A stretch of DNA of 64,000 nt, taken from contig JAQGDQ010000134.1 in assembly GCA_030141605.1 (NCBI GenBank), positions 1 through 64,000 on the forward strand, in the 5' to 3' direction. Below are positions 12,059 to 24,152 of this stretch, piece by piece. Within the stretch, counting starts at the first letter, position 1. Each line of letters opens with the position of its first letter. The notes under the pieces are model-generated. The model made no database searches. It worked only from the letters and a program-made list of their open reading frames with translations, and had not been told where the DNA came from. The stretch comes from Tubiluchus corallicola. Its lineage: Eukaryota > Animalia > Priapulida. The position numbers and the translations under genes are program-made.

Positions 12059-14015
12059 AATAACAACAACAAAAATGCATTAAATGGAGCAAAGCAAACG
12101 GACGGGAGAAGACGATGATGATAATGTTGATAATGAAGATGGTAATATTGTTCATTCATTAACTAAGATGACTGGCTGATTTTATGGCTAGTCATTCAGA
12201 ATCAGCGAGTGACGTCTAGGTTCTGGTTAACATTACTGTTCATAGATACCAGATGAAAGCATGAGAAAAGCGCATGGCAGCAATTAGTAGTAGACGAAAT
12301 AAGAGTAATTTGTATACGCGATAAAATTTCTACTTTTATTAAAAGCGCCTGTTTTTCATTCCTGCTGTTACAGAAACTGTAATGTCAGAACTAGACGCGT
12401 GGAAGCTCTCTACGTCATTCCAGTGATGTAAATTAAGCTTACTTGAGACGTGGATGTTTCAAGGAAAAGTTCTGAAAGAAGTTGTTACTAACTATACCCA
12501 TAAAAAAGCACAAGACTTTCAAAAATAAAACAGGAACTAGGCCTAGGCCATCGGCAAGATGAAACGTCTGTGATTTTGAAAAAGTAATGTTAATTTTGAT
12601 CGAAATTATCTTTCAAAGCTCAGTCTGCATAAGTACGTCTTCCGTTTTTTCTTTCTCTTTCTCTTTCATTTTTCCCTCTCTCTTTCTATCGCTTTATTTT
12701 ATTAGCTGTTTTATTAGCCTCTACTTACAGATAAGAATGGTTCGCCGAGAAGAATTTCACAAGAATCCATTGTGTAAAAACCATATGTCTGTTTCACGTG
12801 CTTCTGTTATGTACGGAATGCAAAGATGTCTAAACTAAAAAATACAAAAATACATAGAACATAAAATTTCTGTTTATGATCGAGATGACCCTGAAATCAA
12901 CCAAAATGACATTTCTTATACTATTGTGGGTGAACCACTTTACTACTGAAGAAAACAGGTGTTAATATGCTTATTATGGTACGTTTGTAGCAGCTTTTAT
13001 TGTATTATAACATTACGAAACTTATAATAGCCCAAATGTGTGAAAGAAAAAACATATTTTCAAGTTTGCCTATTACTACAGTATTTGTGAGATGAGAAAG
13101 TATTCGTCGTGTAAATTTCACATAGCCTATTGTGAATTTAGTTTAGATGACAAAATTTGATCTGAATTCAAGTGTTAATTTGATATGCTAAAACTTAGAA
13201 CGTACTACATACATTTACGAAACATTATATAACTGATGTAAGACAGCAGTGGTGGAGCTTACTATTGCGACTTTTGCATTTCTGTAAATCTGCGTGATTA
13301 ACTTTTGTTAGTACATATTACATAATTAATGACTTAACCTCGACCTTTTCTTCCGTCTTTCGAACGTACTTCATAAATATATTATGCTTATACAACATCA
13401 TATCTCTCACGCCATATTCTGTTCTACTAAGATCTCCTTAGTTCTTACAAAGTATTGGAGATTGCCTTGACCGATTATTGATTTTATGATGCCCCCAACC
13501 CTGGGAACTGCGTGAACAAACAAACGATGCACTTCCACAGTGTGAAACTCCTCCGACAGTGAGGCCAGTGTAGCCTCCAACTGCAACACAACTGTCTAAA
13601 CATAATCAGTACTCTGCTGCGGTACGACCCAATGAGCTAGGAAGCTTTAATTAGGTACCAGAGAGTTGTTTACAAGTGCCATTTACATGCCCGCGAGGAG
13701 AGATCTGTGGTCCGATACTCCTGATAGGATCAGCCACATGGTTTCCTGTTTTGTCTTCATCTTCAGCTGAGAAGAGGGAAGAGAGAAAAGAGAGAGGAAA
13801 AACAGAAAGAGAGAGAAAAGGGGAGGGAGGAATAGAGAGGAAGGGACTTACTTTAGACGTCTTTGCATTCCATACATATGAGAAACACGTGAAACACACA
13901 ATACTTTGGTTTTTACGCAATGGATTTTTGTGATATTCTTTTCGGCGAACAATTCTTATCTGTAAGTATACAGATACTGCCGTTACTAAAACATCGCCCG
14001 CATGCAGAACACAAG

Positions 14016-14284
14016 GTAAGTTATTCTCAAGTTACTGTAGTTTTAAGTAGCGTCTTCAGAAAATTATGCGCCACTGTTACCAAGGAAACGGCGTAACAAA
14101 GGGTTGTAGTTGTAATAGTTGGCAAGCGTCAACTTTGGGGCCTATTCAAACTTGCCCCTCTTGGCCTGGCTTTCGCTTAAGTTGGCCTAATCCTTCTGAA
14201 TGGGCCATAATGTGGCCTGTGGCTCCAACGTGGAGGATTATGGTCAAATTTGCTTTTCGTTCTGTTCTGATTTTTACATAAAAG
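14016..14284 (+). other. Probable 5' UTR intron of TSSK copy A
   Basis: Consensus donor acaag|gtaagt at 14015/14016. Pyrimidine tract and ...acataaaag| acceptor lie 3 nt before ATG 14288. Confidence 0.6.
14076..14089. promoter_or_regulatory. RFX X-box
   Basis: GTTACCAAGGAAAC fits the X-box palindrome GTTNCCATGGNAAC, about 200 bp before the TSSK A start codon. Confidence 0.55.
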
Positions 14285-14287
14285 TTG

Positions 14288-15019
14288 ATGTCAGAAGGGT
14301 CAGAAGATCAAGAGGGGACCCGCGACGAGGAAGCTGAAGCAGAAAAATACGGATACTCGCTGGGAAAGCCCCTAGGGTTCGGATCGTATGGTCAAGTCCG
14401 TGAAGCGTACTCAAGAAAACTCAAATGCCGTGTGGCCATGAAAATCATCAATAAAAAAACAGCGCCAAAAGAATTTATCGTCAAATTCCTTCCGCGAGAA
14501 ATAGAAACGTGTAAAAAATTAAACAATCCTCACGAAAATCTGGTAACCTTCTACCAGACACTAGAAACCAAGAACAGAGTGTACATGGCCATGGAGCTCT
14601 GCATGAACGGTAACCTGCTAGATGTAATAGAGACACGCAAATACGTCACCGAACCAACGGCGGGCCTCTGGTTTTCTCAAATTGTGCTTGGGGTGGAGTA
14701 TCTGCACGAAGATGGAATAGTTCATAGGGATTTAAAATGCGAAAATATTCTCTTGGATAAAAATGACAATATAAAAATAACAGATTTTGGATTTGCTAGG
14801 TCAGACATGAAACCGGGAATGACTTCTACAAAGATACTGAGTAAGACATTTTGTGGAAGTTACGCCTACGCACCGCCAGAAATATTGTCGGGAATTCCCT
14901 ACGAACCCATGAAAGCAGACATATGGAGTATGGGGATCATCTTGTTTGCAATGCTGTTTGGAAAGCTACCTTTTAAAGACGTCAATTTGAAAAACTTTCG
15001 TAAGCAAGTGAAAAACAAG
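14288..15019 (+). CDS. TSSK4: Testis-specific serine/threonine kinase, TSSK4-like, copy A, coding exon 1
   Basis: Motifs GFGSYG, VAMK, KFLPREIE, HRDLKCEN, DFG, SKTFCGSYAYAPPE and DIWSMG. KFLPRE and TFCGS-AY are TSSK hallmarks; AGLWFSQ and ADKRATI favour the TSSK4 subfamily (inferred, no tree). Donor AAG|gtaaat, phase 0, 244 codons. Confidence 0.93.
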
Positions 15020-15455
15020 GTAAATAAATTCAGTGACAATAACTGTACTTCAGAAAAAAACATTTTTGAAGTGTACCTCAAACCTGTACTGGTAACTTTT
15101 GTTGAGCTTCAATTTTTTGAATGAAACTTTGCTAGTTTTGTAATCAGTCATTCAGAAAAACAAAAGCAGTTCTGTGTGTGTTAAATCCTAAGAAGCTAGT
15201 ATTAAAATTTGCACTTTTATCGTCTACACTACACGTGAAGCAAGGTTAGTATCAAATAATCTAGCATTTAGGAACTGTACTAACTGTACTATCAGTCTAT
15301 TGAAAGCTGTCTACGTGAATGCTATGTATATCAGTACGATATACAACATCAAATACTTTGACGCTGCACGAACTAGATGTTTTTGAAATAGCTGCATGGA
15401 ACAGAATAGATGTTTCGAACGATAGTGACGTGGACGAACACGAGATCTTATATAG

Positions 15456-15591
15456 GCAAAGACAAAGACATAGACATAGACAAAGACATAGACATAGACA
15501 TAGACATAGACATAGACATAGACATAGACATAGACATAGACATAGACATAGACATAGACATAGACATAGACATAGACACAGAGAAAGACAT
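15456..15591. repeat. (GACATA)n hexanucleotide microsatellite in the TSSK A intron
   Basis: Perfect gacata tandem run with degenerate gacaaa edges. Confidence 0.97.
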
Positions 15592-15885
15592 CTTTGGTCA
15601 TATATACTATAGGTACACAAGAAATTTTCTTTATGCTTTGCCCAGACTAGCTAAGAAACAGTTAGCAGAGCAAGTTTGCAACTGTAATTAAATTCTAAAT
15701 CAGTGTAAGCTCTTGAGCAGAAAGCTTCAGGTGCAAAATCTTGCAGACACACACAGTTTTATTTGACGCTATCTGTGTTGGCTCACCAAATGCAGTAGGC
15801 TTTATTCTTCCCAAACATTTTTTTTCATTTACCTAAATTTTATACTGTTTTTTTCTTGTACTGAATTATCATGTTGCTGCTCTAG

Positions 15886-16125
15886 GTTCCGTTTCCTCCA
15901 ACTCCTCCAGTGCCAAACGATTGCAAATGCTTAATCATGGACATCCTTACTACTGCTGATAAGAGGGCAACTATCCACACCATCAAGAATGACACGTGGT
16001 TTATGAAGATGATGAAGCCAAGCGCCAATCTTAGGGCTAGATCATCAGTGACAATCATGCAGGAAAAACCAAAGGGCGGTTTTTGGATGTTCAAAAGAGA
16101 GAAACCGCATCGTATTGTTGTATGA
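15886..16125 (+). CDS. TSSK4: TSSK4-like copy A, coding exon 2 (protein ~323 aa)
   Basis: gctctag|GTT. Encodes VPFPPTPPVPNDCKCLIMDILTTADKRATIHTIKNDTWF...HRIVV*, supplying kinase subdomain XI (invariant Arg, W-F). Confidence 0.92.
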   Translation, partial: VPFPPTPPVPNDCKCLIMDILTTADKRATIHTIKNDTWFMKMMKPSANLRARSSVTIMQEKPKGGFWMFKREKPHRIVV

Positions 16126-19039
16126 CACAAAGCGTTGTAAAGTGCGTCAAAACGAGGGAATGTTTAATTTTAATTATCATTGTAAATATTGTTGAAACGA
16201 TATATCCTTAAATGTATGAAGTCACGTCATATTGCTAACTACATTAAAAGTATCTTTACCATTACCTGTTATTTTGCTGTTTATACATTTGAGCAGTGCT
16301 TTAAACTACAGATTCATTCAAGTTTTGCTGCTTTTTTGGACATCTTCAAATGTAGTATAATTAGTACCATCCAGAAAGTTAAATCTAAACTTTGGCTCAC
16401 CCTTCATTATTGCCGCATCTAGAAGTTAAAACAATAGATGTAATTGTTAAGATGAACTCATATGAAGTTCATTTTTAATTACTGCGCAATCTACAGTTAA
16501 AAAGTGAGTTTATAGGAGTTTATAGCTGCTGTTTATTGTTGTTTAATGCTGCTGTCGGTGTATGGTTCGTGACGTCTACTCATTACAGTGTTTGGCAAAG
16601 TTAGTGCACAAAACATGCATTCCAGAAATTCCATGGGTGACATTTGCTGGATTCGTGGCGATTTCCAAGAGGGTGAAGTCAGCAGTTACCTGTATCTGCA
16701 ATATATGAGTAGTTACTGCCTATTGTACTCCCGGGGAGCGCTTTTCTGTCATTAGAATGGATTCCCAAGATATTCTACAAACTTTTGCAAAAAATATGGA
16801 AAATTTCTTCCTGCAGATAGAGAATGTTGTTAATAAGGAAACAAAATGAGACAGAATCTGCTTATCTGCTTCCCATTTAAAAACACTTTATTACTTTTTA
16901 ATTTTCCCCTATCTAAATTATGTCAGTTGTCTTTGGGGCATTACTTGTACAACTAATCTAAATCTTTTGAGGTCCCGCCAGAGAAAATTTTTTCCGTTTA
17001 CTTTTTAGATTAAATAAATTTGCAAATGTAAATTAATCCCTATTTAAGCAGTGCAAAATTCTTTCCATTGATAATATAGTCTTTTGCAAGATAGTAGTGT
17101 TTGTATATAAAACTAATTACGAACTGCTTCCGGATATTTTTAATAATCTTCTAAAATTGAATGTGAAGCATTATATTACATTTTATAATTATTATTACCT
17201 AGGTTATGTTCGTACTAATGTTGCCCAAGTATTTTGTTGAATTTTACAGACCTCTGATTTGGAATTATCTACCTGAAAACACTAAAAATCAACATACTGT
17301 TTTTCAAGTTTAAAAAAATCTTAAAAGATTTTGTATGAGAACATAACTCTAATATTCCACGTGTAATTACTTTCAAACTCATCTTTTAAAGCAATTATTC
17401 TAAGTAAGTGTCGAAGAAGAAGAAGAAGAAAAAATAAAGAAAAAGAAGTCGCAGGAGTAAGAAGTAAATTAATTTCTCACCTGCTAGGTGTACCCGGTTG
17501 CCTCCTCTGTTGTTCATTGCCCAGTTGGTTGTTACGGCTCATTAATGTAAATTCCAGTGCTTATTTTACTGTAAATCTAATCCTTTCGTTCTCCGTTATT
17601 TCACAATCTTTGCCACCACATCTTCACACTCATAATCTTTCATGATTTTCTTCTTTTATTTTACACTTCCTTCACCTTCTGCACCCCGTTATTCCATATC
17701 GCCTATTCGGCTCAGATCTTACAAGTTTTACTTTCGATCTGATCCAATAATTTGTCTTGCTCATTGTAGATTGTAAGACTATATCTAATTTAAGATCATT
17801 TCTGACGTCTTTATAACGTACATTTTGAAAAACATATTGCCATTTTTGTGTAAACTGGTTTTGGAATAAATATACTAAACTAAACTAAAATAAATTAAGA
17901 AAAAAATCCATACGCGAGGGTTTCACTGATTTCCCCACTAAGGTTTATTTTACTTTTTACTGAAGTTCACTTTATTCAATTTTAGCGCTGAATTTGATTT
18001 GAAACACGTCAAGATTACTTATCACTTACTGACAACCAATTAAATAAAATCGTGTACTAGTTGTGGAAGAGACCGCAAGTCTCTTCCACAACCAACCGAC
18101 TAGAGAGGACTGAGAACAACTACTAACATCTATGGATTTCATTCAAAAAGGCCTTGTCGACACCTGTTTGAACAGTTGAACGTCAAAGATATCACAACAT
18201 GGACAGTTGCCTGAGACCGGGCTGTTTAGCATGACGCAAGGAAGTGAGAAAGATCATGTTTTTGGGCACCTGACCTAGTTATTGTGACTTTATATAACCC
18301 AACATTGACTTTACAACGTTATTGTAAAAGAATGGTAGTGATAACCTGTGTTGTCGTGTTCAAAGTTCAAACTGGAAAACAGCGGGCTAATATTGTCAGA
18401 ACAGGAAAAAACCAAACAATTTGAAAATGTACAAATATACTAAAGTGAAAAATCTGCTGAAACTCATTAAGCAAACTTCTTTTCGTAGGTCAGTGTAGCT
18501 TTTTTACCGTAATAAGTTTGCTGCGGTTATTTGCTGCCAAGAGCAGACAACAACAAAAAACAAAACAGCTGTTGCGTTTATTTGTATCCATAAAAGTTTC
18601 TAGTTTAATGAAATGTAGATTTTCGTCGAATTAGTACACTACAACATTGTGATCTTCAAGTCGACACAGTGCATGTAGGGGCGCAAATTCTTTGTCTCAA
18701 AATGGAAGTTTCCTCCGTTAATTTAACATCACTATAGTAGAAAATTTGACAGAAACTAACTGTAGCCAAGAGATTCCATTTGGCTGATATTAGAGGAGAA
18801 TCTGAAATGGGCAGCATGGTGGTGTATTCCATAGAATCACGTGCGATGGACCGCGGGATGCATGAAAGCCAGTTCATTCGCGCAGTAAAATTTAAGCTAC
18901 AAGTGGCCTACAACGATTCTTGGAAATACAACATTACAAAAGAAACAGGCAGGAATAATAACGAAAACAATAAAGTGGCACTTATTGCAAGTTTAAATCA
19001 GAATTTAAATAAGAAAACTATTTACATTTTATTAACAAT

Positions 19040-19600
19040 AAATATGAAAAAAGCATGTTCACGAAATTGCGAATAAGTGCGCATAACTTATTGATAGAAA
19101 AATGGCGACACCAACAACCTAAACAACCCCTGTGAATACGAGAATCTGTCAACACTGCGACAGTCAACAAGTAAAAGACGAAATTCATTTTTTGTTTTAT
19201 TGCTCCTTCTACAGCCGGTTAAGACAATCTTTTTATTCTGATATCGCACGCATCAATAGCAATGATAACTTGAACGATAACAAAAAGCTAAAATTCGTGA
19301 TGAGGGGGAGGGTAACGACTGCGATATAACCAAAATAGTCGCCGATTACATTTTAAAGTGTTTTAAAAAAGGTGTAAATAGTACTAATATGTAACTATTG
19401 ATAACATTATTTATTATTTTTTTATGCTACGCTAACTGTACCTATACTAAAATTATATAAATTTTTATTTGTTATGTGTGCTTTTGGCTCCATAGCTATA
19501 ACGCAATAGCTATGTTTTGTACTTTTGTATGTTGTTGTTGTTTTGTTGTATGTACTGTATGTCTTTGTAGTATAATGTATATGCCAATAATAAATTCTTA
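19040..19600 (+). mobile_element. 5'-truncated LINE remnant (ORF2 C-terminal CCHC zinc knuckle and 3' UTR)
   Basis: Frameshifted FTKLRISAHNLLIEKWRH...RICQHCDSQQVKDEIHFLFYCSFYSRLRQ gives C-x2-C...H-x4-C with the 'KLRIS.H.L.IE.GR' motif of non-LTR retrotransposons. TG-rich 3' UTR ends near 19600. Confidence 0.85.
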
Positions 19601-20319
19601 GAATCTAGCACAACTTGTTTTAAGAGAAGAAAGTCAACATTCGTTACACACAAAAGTTCACCCAGCCTGGCTTCTTTGTGGCTTTATATGGCTAACTAGA
19701 ATTCGCGAGAAAACAATTTATACCTGTTTACTGAGTACGAGAAGCTAGGTATTATATGAGACATTTTATAAGGAATTGTGGGATTAATAAACTGCATTCG
19801 TGGTGCCACGCGGTGTAATTCAATTCTGTGAATTTAGCGCCAAAAGTCTACCCACATTTACTCGCACTTTTACACAATTCAGGCGAGAGCTCCTTTTTGA
19901 AATTCTTTTCTGTAGGTGTCGAGGTTGCAGATCACATAACCGTGACAGCGTTTCAGTGTTTAACCTGGAACGCGCTGTATTAAAAATGTCCACATTTTCT
20001 AGAAATTTCTCTTGGTTTTCATCCTATGAGTGCACGAAAGAAATGCTAAATTAGAAAGTCTGAAAAAGTTTGCTTGTCTACTGACATTCAAACGCAAGCC
20101 AAATGTAGTAGAGAAATCGAAATTCAGCGATCACTCACACTAGAGTGACGGTAACTAATTAGATTGGTTTTTTCTTTTGATTAGATTCAAAATTAACCAA
20201 AATTAGAAAATGAATCCAGTTAGTTAGATTCACTTCTATGTGAGCGATCTAACATTGGAAATGCTGAATTCGGTTGGCCATCTATAGGGATGAACTTTAG
20301 ACTACTTTGATCACTGAGA

Positions 20320-20390
20320 CGAAGGCCTAATGGTCTATGGCATCTGCAATGTAATGAGAAGGTCCCTGGTTCAAATCCTGGCTGTATTCC
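20320..20390 (+). mobile_element. tRNA-derived SINE head / tRNA pseudogene
   Basis: A box ggcctaatgg (20324-20333) and B box ggttcaaatcc (20368-20378) at tRNA spacing; acceptor and anticodon stems are degenerate. Confidence 0.6.
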
Positions 20391-20673
20391 AATTTGCTGG
20401 TTGGTATCAAAATGTAATTAATATCGGGTTTCTTATTACTTGATAGCCCCATGTTTGTTTTTGTTAGAGAAATCTTTAAAATCTTTAAAATAAATCTTTT
20501 AGTGTATGTAAGTTGTCGATCAGCGTTCCCGGCGTTGCTACGACGTTCATCTCTATAGAAATGACGCCACAAATACAAAGAGTGTTGCATGTTTTCAGTT
20601 TGCTTACTAATGGCGGTGCATTAAAACAAAACAAAAAAGCCATGAACGACGCTACCGTGTCTGGTGTTTCCTA

Positions 20674-21435
20674 ATGGGTGAGAAGGATGAAAAGTTTTCA
20701 AAGTTAGAAGGACCACCAAGTGATAGTGCCGGCGCAAAACAGCTGTCTTCTGAAGCAGAAGCAGAAAAGCACGGCTACACTTTAGGAAAAACTCTTGGCT
20801 TCGGCTCCTACGCTAATGTGAAGGAAGCATATTCGTCAAAATTCAAATGTCGCGTTGCTATGAAAATCATCAACAAAAGAACAGCACCCAAAGACTTTAT
20901 TGTCAAGTTCCTGCCGCGAGAAATTGAAACCACCAAAAAGTTAGATCACAAAAGCTTAGTTACTTTCTATGAAACTATCGAAACGTCAGAACGGGTTTAC
21001 ATGGCGATGGAACTTTGTATCAATGGGGATCTTTTAGATGTGATTCAGACAAGGAAATATATCAGGGAGAACACGGCAGGTCACTGGTTTCATCAGCTAG
21101 TAGACGGAGTTGATTATCTACACCAAAATGGCATCGTGCATAGAGATCTGAAATGTGAAAATTTACTCTTAGATAAAAACGACAACTTGAAGATAACCGA
21201 TTTTGGCTTTGCCCGATGCGATCTAAAAACGGAGGAGGGAGCGCCAAAAATACTGAGTCGGACGTTTTGCGGAAGTTACGCCTACGCTCCTCCGGAAATA
21301 TTAATGGGAATTCCTTACGAACCAGAAAAGGCGGATATCTGGAGCATGGGTGTGATTTTGTTTACAATGTTGTTTGGAAAATTGCCTTTTGATGATGCCA
21401 ACTATAAGAATCTAATGAAACAAGTAAAAAACAGG
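20674..21435 (+). CDS. TSSK4: Testis-specific serine/threonine kinase, TSSK4-like, copy B, coding exon 1
   Basis: Motifs GFGSYA, VAMK, KFLPREIE, HRDLKCEN, DFG, SRTFCGSYAYAPPE and LPFDD. Donor AGG|gtaatt, phase 0, same position as in copy A; 254 codons. Confidence 0.94.
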
Positions 21436-23350
21436 GTAATTCGTTTTGAGCAGTGATTAATTAGAAGGTCCTCTAGTCCGGATATTTTATTTAATAGTAT
21501 TTCTGTGGCTTCTTTACGAAGTCATAACTTTTCTTAGTTTGGAAATACAGACTTCCTCTAAAATGCTAAGAAATAGCTAAAATGTAAAGTTGACGTTAAA
21601 CATGCCGCTGAACTGGAAACTTGACATTTTACTGTACGTATGATCTTCCAATTAGATACTATGGAAGTTGGAGACAAATACATCATAGTTCTAAAACATG
21701 AAGGATGGTTCTTAATAAGTGTAAGCACACATTGTTAGCTGTCATTAATTCGTTTACATCGGGTGACACAAAAAAACTTATTGTAATACTGACAGCAAGT
21801 TCCTTTTTTGAAATTTAAAGTTTTCAAATTTTGTTTTTTTTTGCTCATTAGAGACACATGCAAAAAGAGGTACAGGCAAAATGAGATATAGGCAAAATGA
21901 TTGATATAGACATAAAATTTTGCTAGGAGTACAAAAATAATGAAGCAGAACAATTTGTTACATCAAAGTATTCCTGAAACAATATCTGGAACCCATCATA
22001 CCTTCAAAATTTGGTGAAAACACATCATGCCTGCTGGTGTCCCCAGCTTCAGTCTTGAAGGAAAATGATTATGATCGGAGCAATAACCTGAAAAATTTTA
22101 AACTATTTTTTTCGATTGAACTAAAAGACATGAAAATTCACTGGACCTCAAACCCAAAAAATGTTGGAACTATGCTGAAAAACAAAACGGATGCTTAGAC
22201 GATCAAATAACATGTCATTCAAGAGGCAAACCTGTGAGGCATCTGCAAGATATGTTGGAAGATATTAAGTTCTGTGAGTCACTGCTTACAGCACAAAATA
22301 GCGCATGATAGATTCGCAGTAGTTTCAGCAATACTTTGATGCAAGAAAACCTGTACTCGTTGTTTCTGTAACCACTTAGCAAAAGTTTATGTACCATCCG
22401 TAAATTTGCTCGTGTTTTTCATCATTTTCTATCTGCTGTCCTTCAATCGCTCAATATTCATTTGCATATGGGTCCATTCTGCACTAGCATGGCGATGACA
22501 TGAAATTCAAATAATATACCATTTAAAAACTAACACAAAAAGAAAATCGTCGAATAAAAAAACTGTGAAAACAAAATTTTAAAAAACGAATGCACTATGA
22601 CATCGACGCCTGGTCGCAAAATTTAATGACACGTAAAAGTTGTCGCTTCTTTGGCGTCGCAGAATAAGAAAATGTTAGACCAAACCTTTCTTGCTAAGTA
22701 ATTGAACGTAAAGTACGTTTCTGGTTTTTCATCTTTTATCTATTTCCATTTATCTTTTCGTTGTCTTTTTTCTGTCACTTTTTACTTCTTCTGCGGACGT
22801 TTCTTTTTCTTTTTAATTTTTTCTAATTAATTTTTCCTTCTCTTTTTTCTCTTGACCGCCTCTTTTTGTCCGTTCTTTTCACATTCCTTCGTTCATTTCC
22901 CCTCCCCGTATTCTCTCCTCTTCCTATCTCTTTTCCGTTTATCTTATCTCCCTGACTCTGGTTGCATCTCTAAGGCCCTTCTGCTCCGCGCACCTATATA
23001 TAATATACATCCGATGCTGCTCCTCTTGATAAATTTCTACCTCTACCTTCATTATTGAGTTAAAACTTGACTTAATTTTACCTTCTCGTTTTCCTGGTTA
23101 AATGCAACATTTGAATTTTTCAAGTGCAATAGGTTAATCTTGGAAAAAATGTGTCGCCAAATTTGACTAAATTGAGAATACAATTAAACAGCCCTTTTTT
23201 AATTTACTATCTAAAACAATGTAATAATTATTATAATTATAAATAGATTTGTATTTAAATATCCCATTGCTTTACAAATGGAGTTAAACGATTTCATAAA
23301 CTCCATATGTTCGCTCAAAAACATTACTAAATTAGCCTTATTATTCTTAA

Positions 23351-23679
23351 AAGAAGACAGGATGATTTTTCTTATACTACCCCATTTTCAAGTCCGATAA
23401 AAAATATAGTGCTACTGTAAGATATTTAGTGTGCTCTACTGAAACTCGGCAAGTTTTAAGATAAAAATTCACATTTCAAATTTGCCGCTGTGCCCACACA
23501 TGAGCTATCTATGGGCGAAATACATGTAACAGCCAAGAACTAGTGGCGCGAACGGGAAATTGTGCTTATGTGGTAATAATTCTTCACGTAAGTCATTTTT
23601 GAAAAAATAGTGCTTCCTTTCAATATTTTAAAGAGTAGATTGTTTTGACCTACAGTTTAAGATTGGGTCCGGCTTTGCT
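23351..23679 (+). mobile_element. Non-autonomous Kolobok-like element, family A, internally deleted copy in the TSSK B intron
   Basis: TTAA|aagaagacaggatgatttt ... tccggctttgct|TTAA. Shares ggcgaaatacatgtaacagc.aagaactag and cacgtaagtcatttt with 45614-46212. Confidence 0.75.
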
Positions 23680-23856
23680 TTAACAAGTTCTGTCAAGTTG
23701 ACACCTTTGTATCTGCTACATTGCCCAATATTTATAAAAATTAGATGTTTGTGCTTTGGTAGTATTTTTGCCGCTTGCTTTGACATTAATATTATTGTAA
23801 AATTTTGTCTCATTAAAGAAAACCTCATCTTCGTCTTTTGCTTCCATTTATTGCAG

Positions 23857-24084
23857 GTAAAATTCCCACAAAACCCACCGGTGCCGAACGACTGCAAGTG
23901 CTTGCTGTTAGATATCTTTACCACTGCTGACAAGAGAGCGAGCATTCAGGATATCCAGAAAGACGTGTGGTTTAAGAAGGTGCGCCCAACTAGCAAAGAC
24001 AGTCTTCATCAAGGGTCCACCGAATCAGCACGGGCTTTCTGGAAGAGGAAGAAATCAGTGAAATCAAAGCACGTTGTAGTGTGA
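23857..24084 (+). CDS. TSSK4: TSSK4-like copy B, coding exon 2 (protein ~329 aa)
   Basis: ttattgcag|GTA. Encodes VKFPQNPPVPNDCKCLLLDIFTTADKRASIQDIQKDVWF...KHVVV*, homologous to copy A exon 2. Confidence 0.93.
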   Translation, partial: VKFPQNPPVPNDCKCLLLDIFTTADKRASIQDIQKDVWFKKVRPTSKDSLHQGSTESARAFWKRKKSVKSKHVVV

Positions 24085-24137
24085 TTGTACAAATTTTTTT
24101 GCTTTTATCGTACACTACGAAAGACGAAAACTAAAAA

Positions 24138-24152
24138 AATAAAAGAAATAAA
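24138..24152 (+). terminator. Tandem AATAAA polyadenylation signals of TSSK B
   Basis: AATAAA at 24138-24143 and 24147-24152, followed by a T-rich tract. Confidence 0.55.

Noticed and set aside
15020-15124. TSSK genes as intronless ORFs ending at 15124 and 21456
   Set aside because: They would lack subdomain XI; homologous second exons with proper acceptors exist downstream.
20320-20390. Functional tRNA gene
   Set aside because: A and B boxes are present but the acceptor and anticodon stems do not pair; treated as a SINE head or pseudogene.
21950-22400. Coding-looking block in the TSSK B intron (possible transposase relic)
   Set aside because: All frames I read are interrupted and no motif was recognisable.
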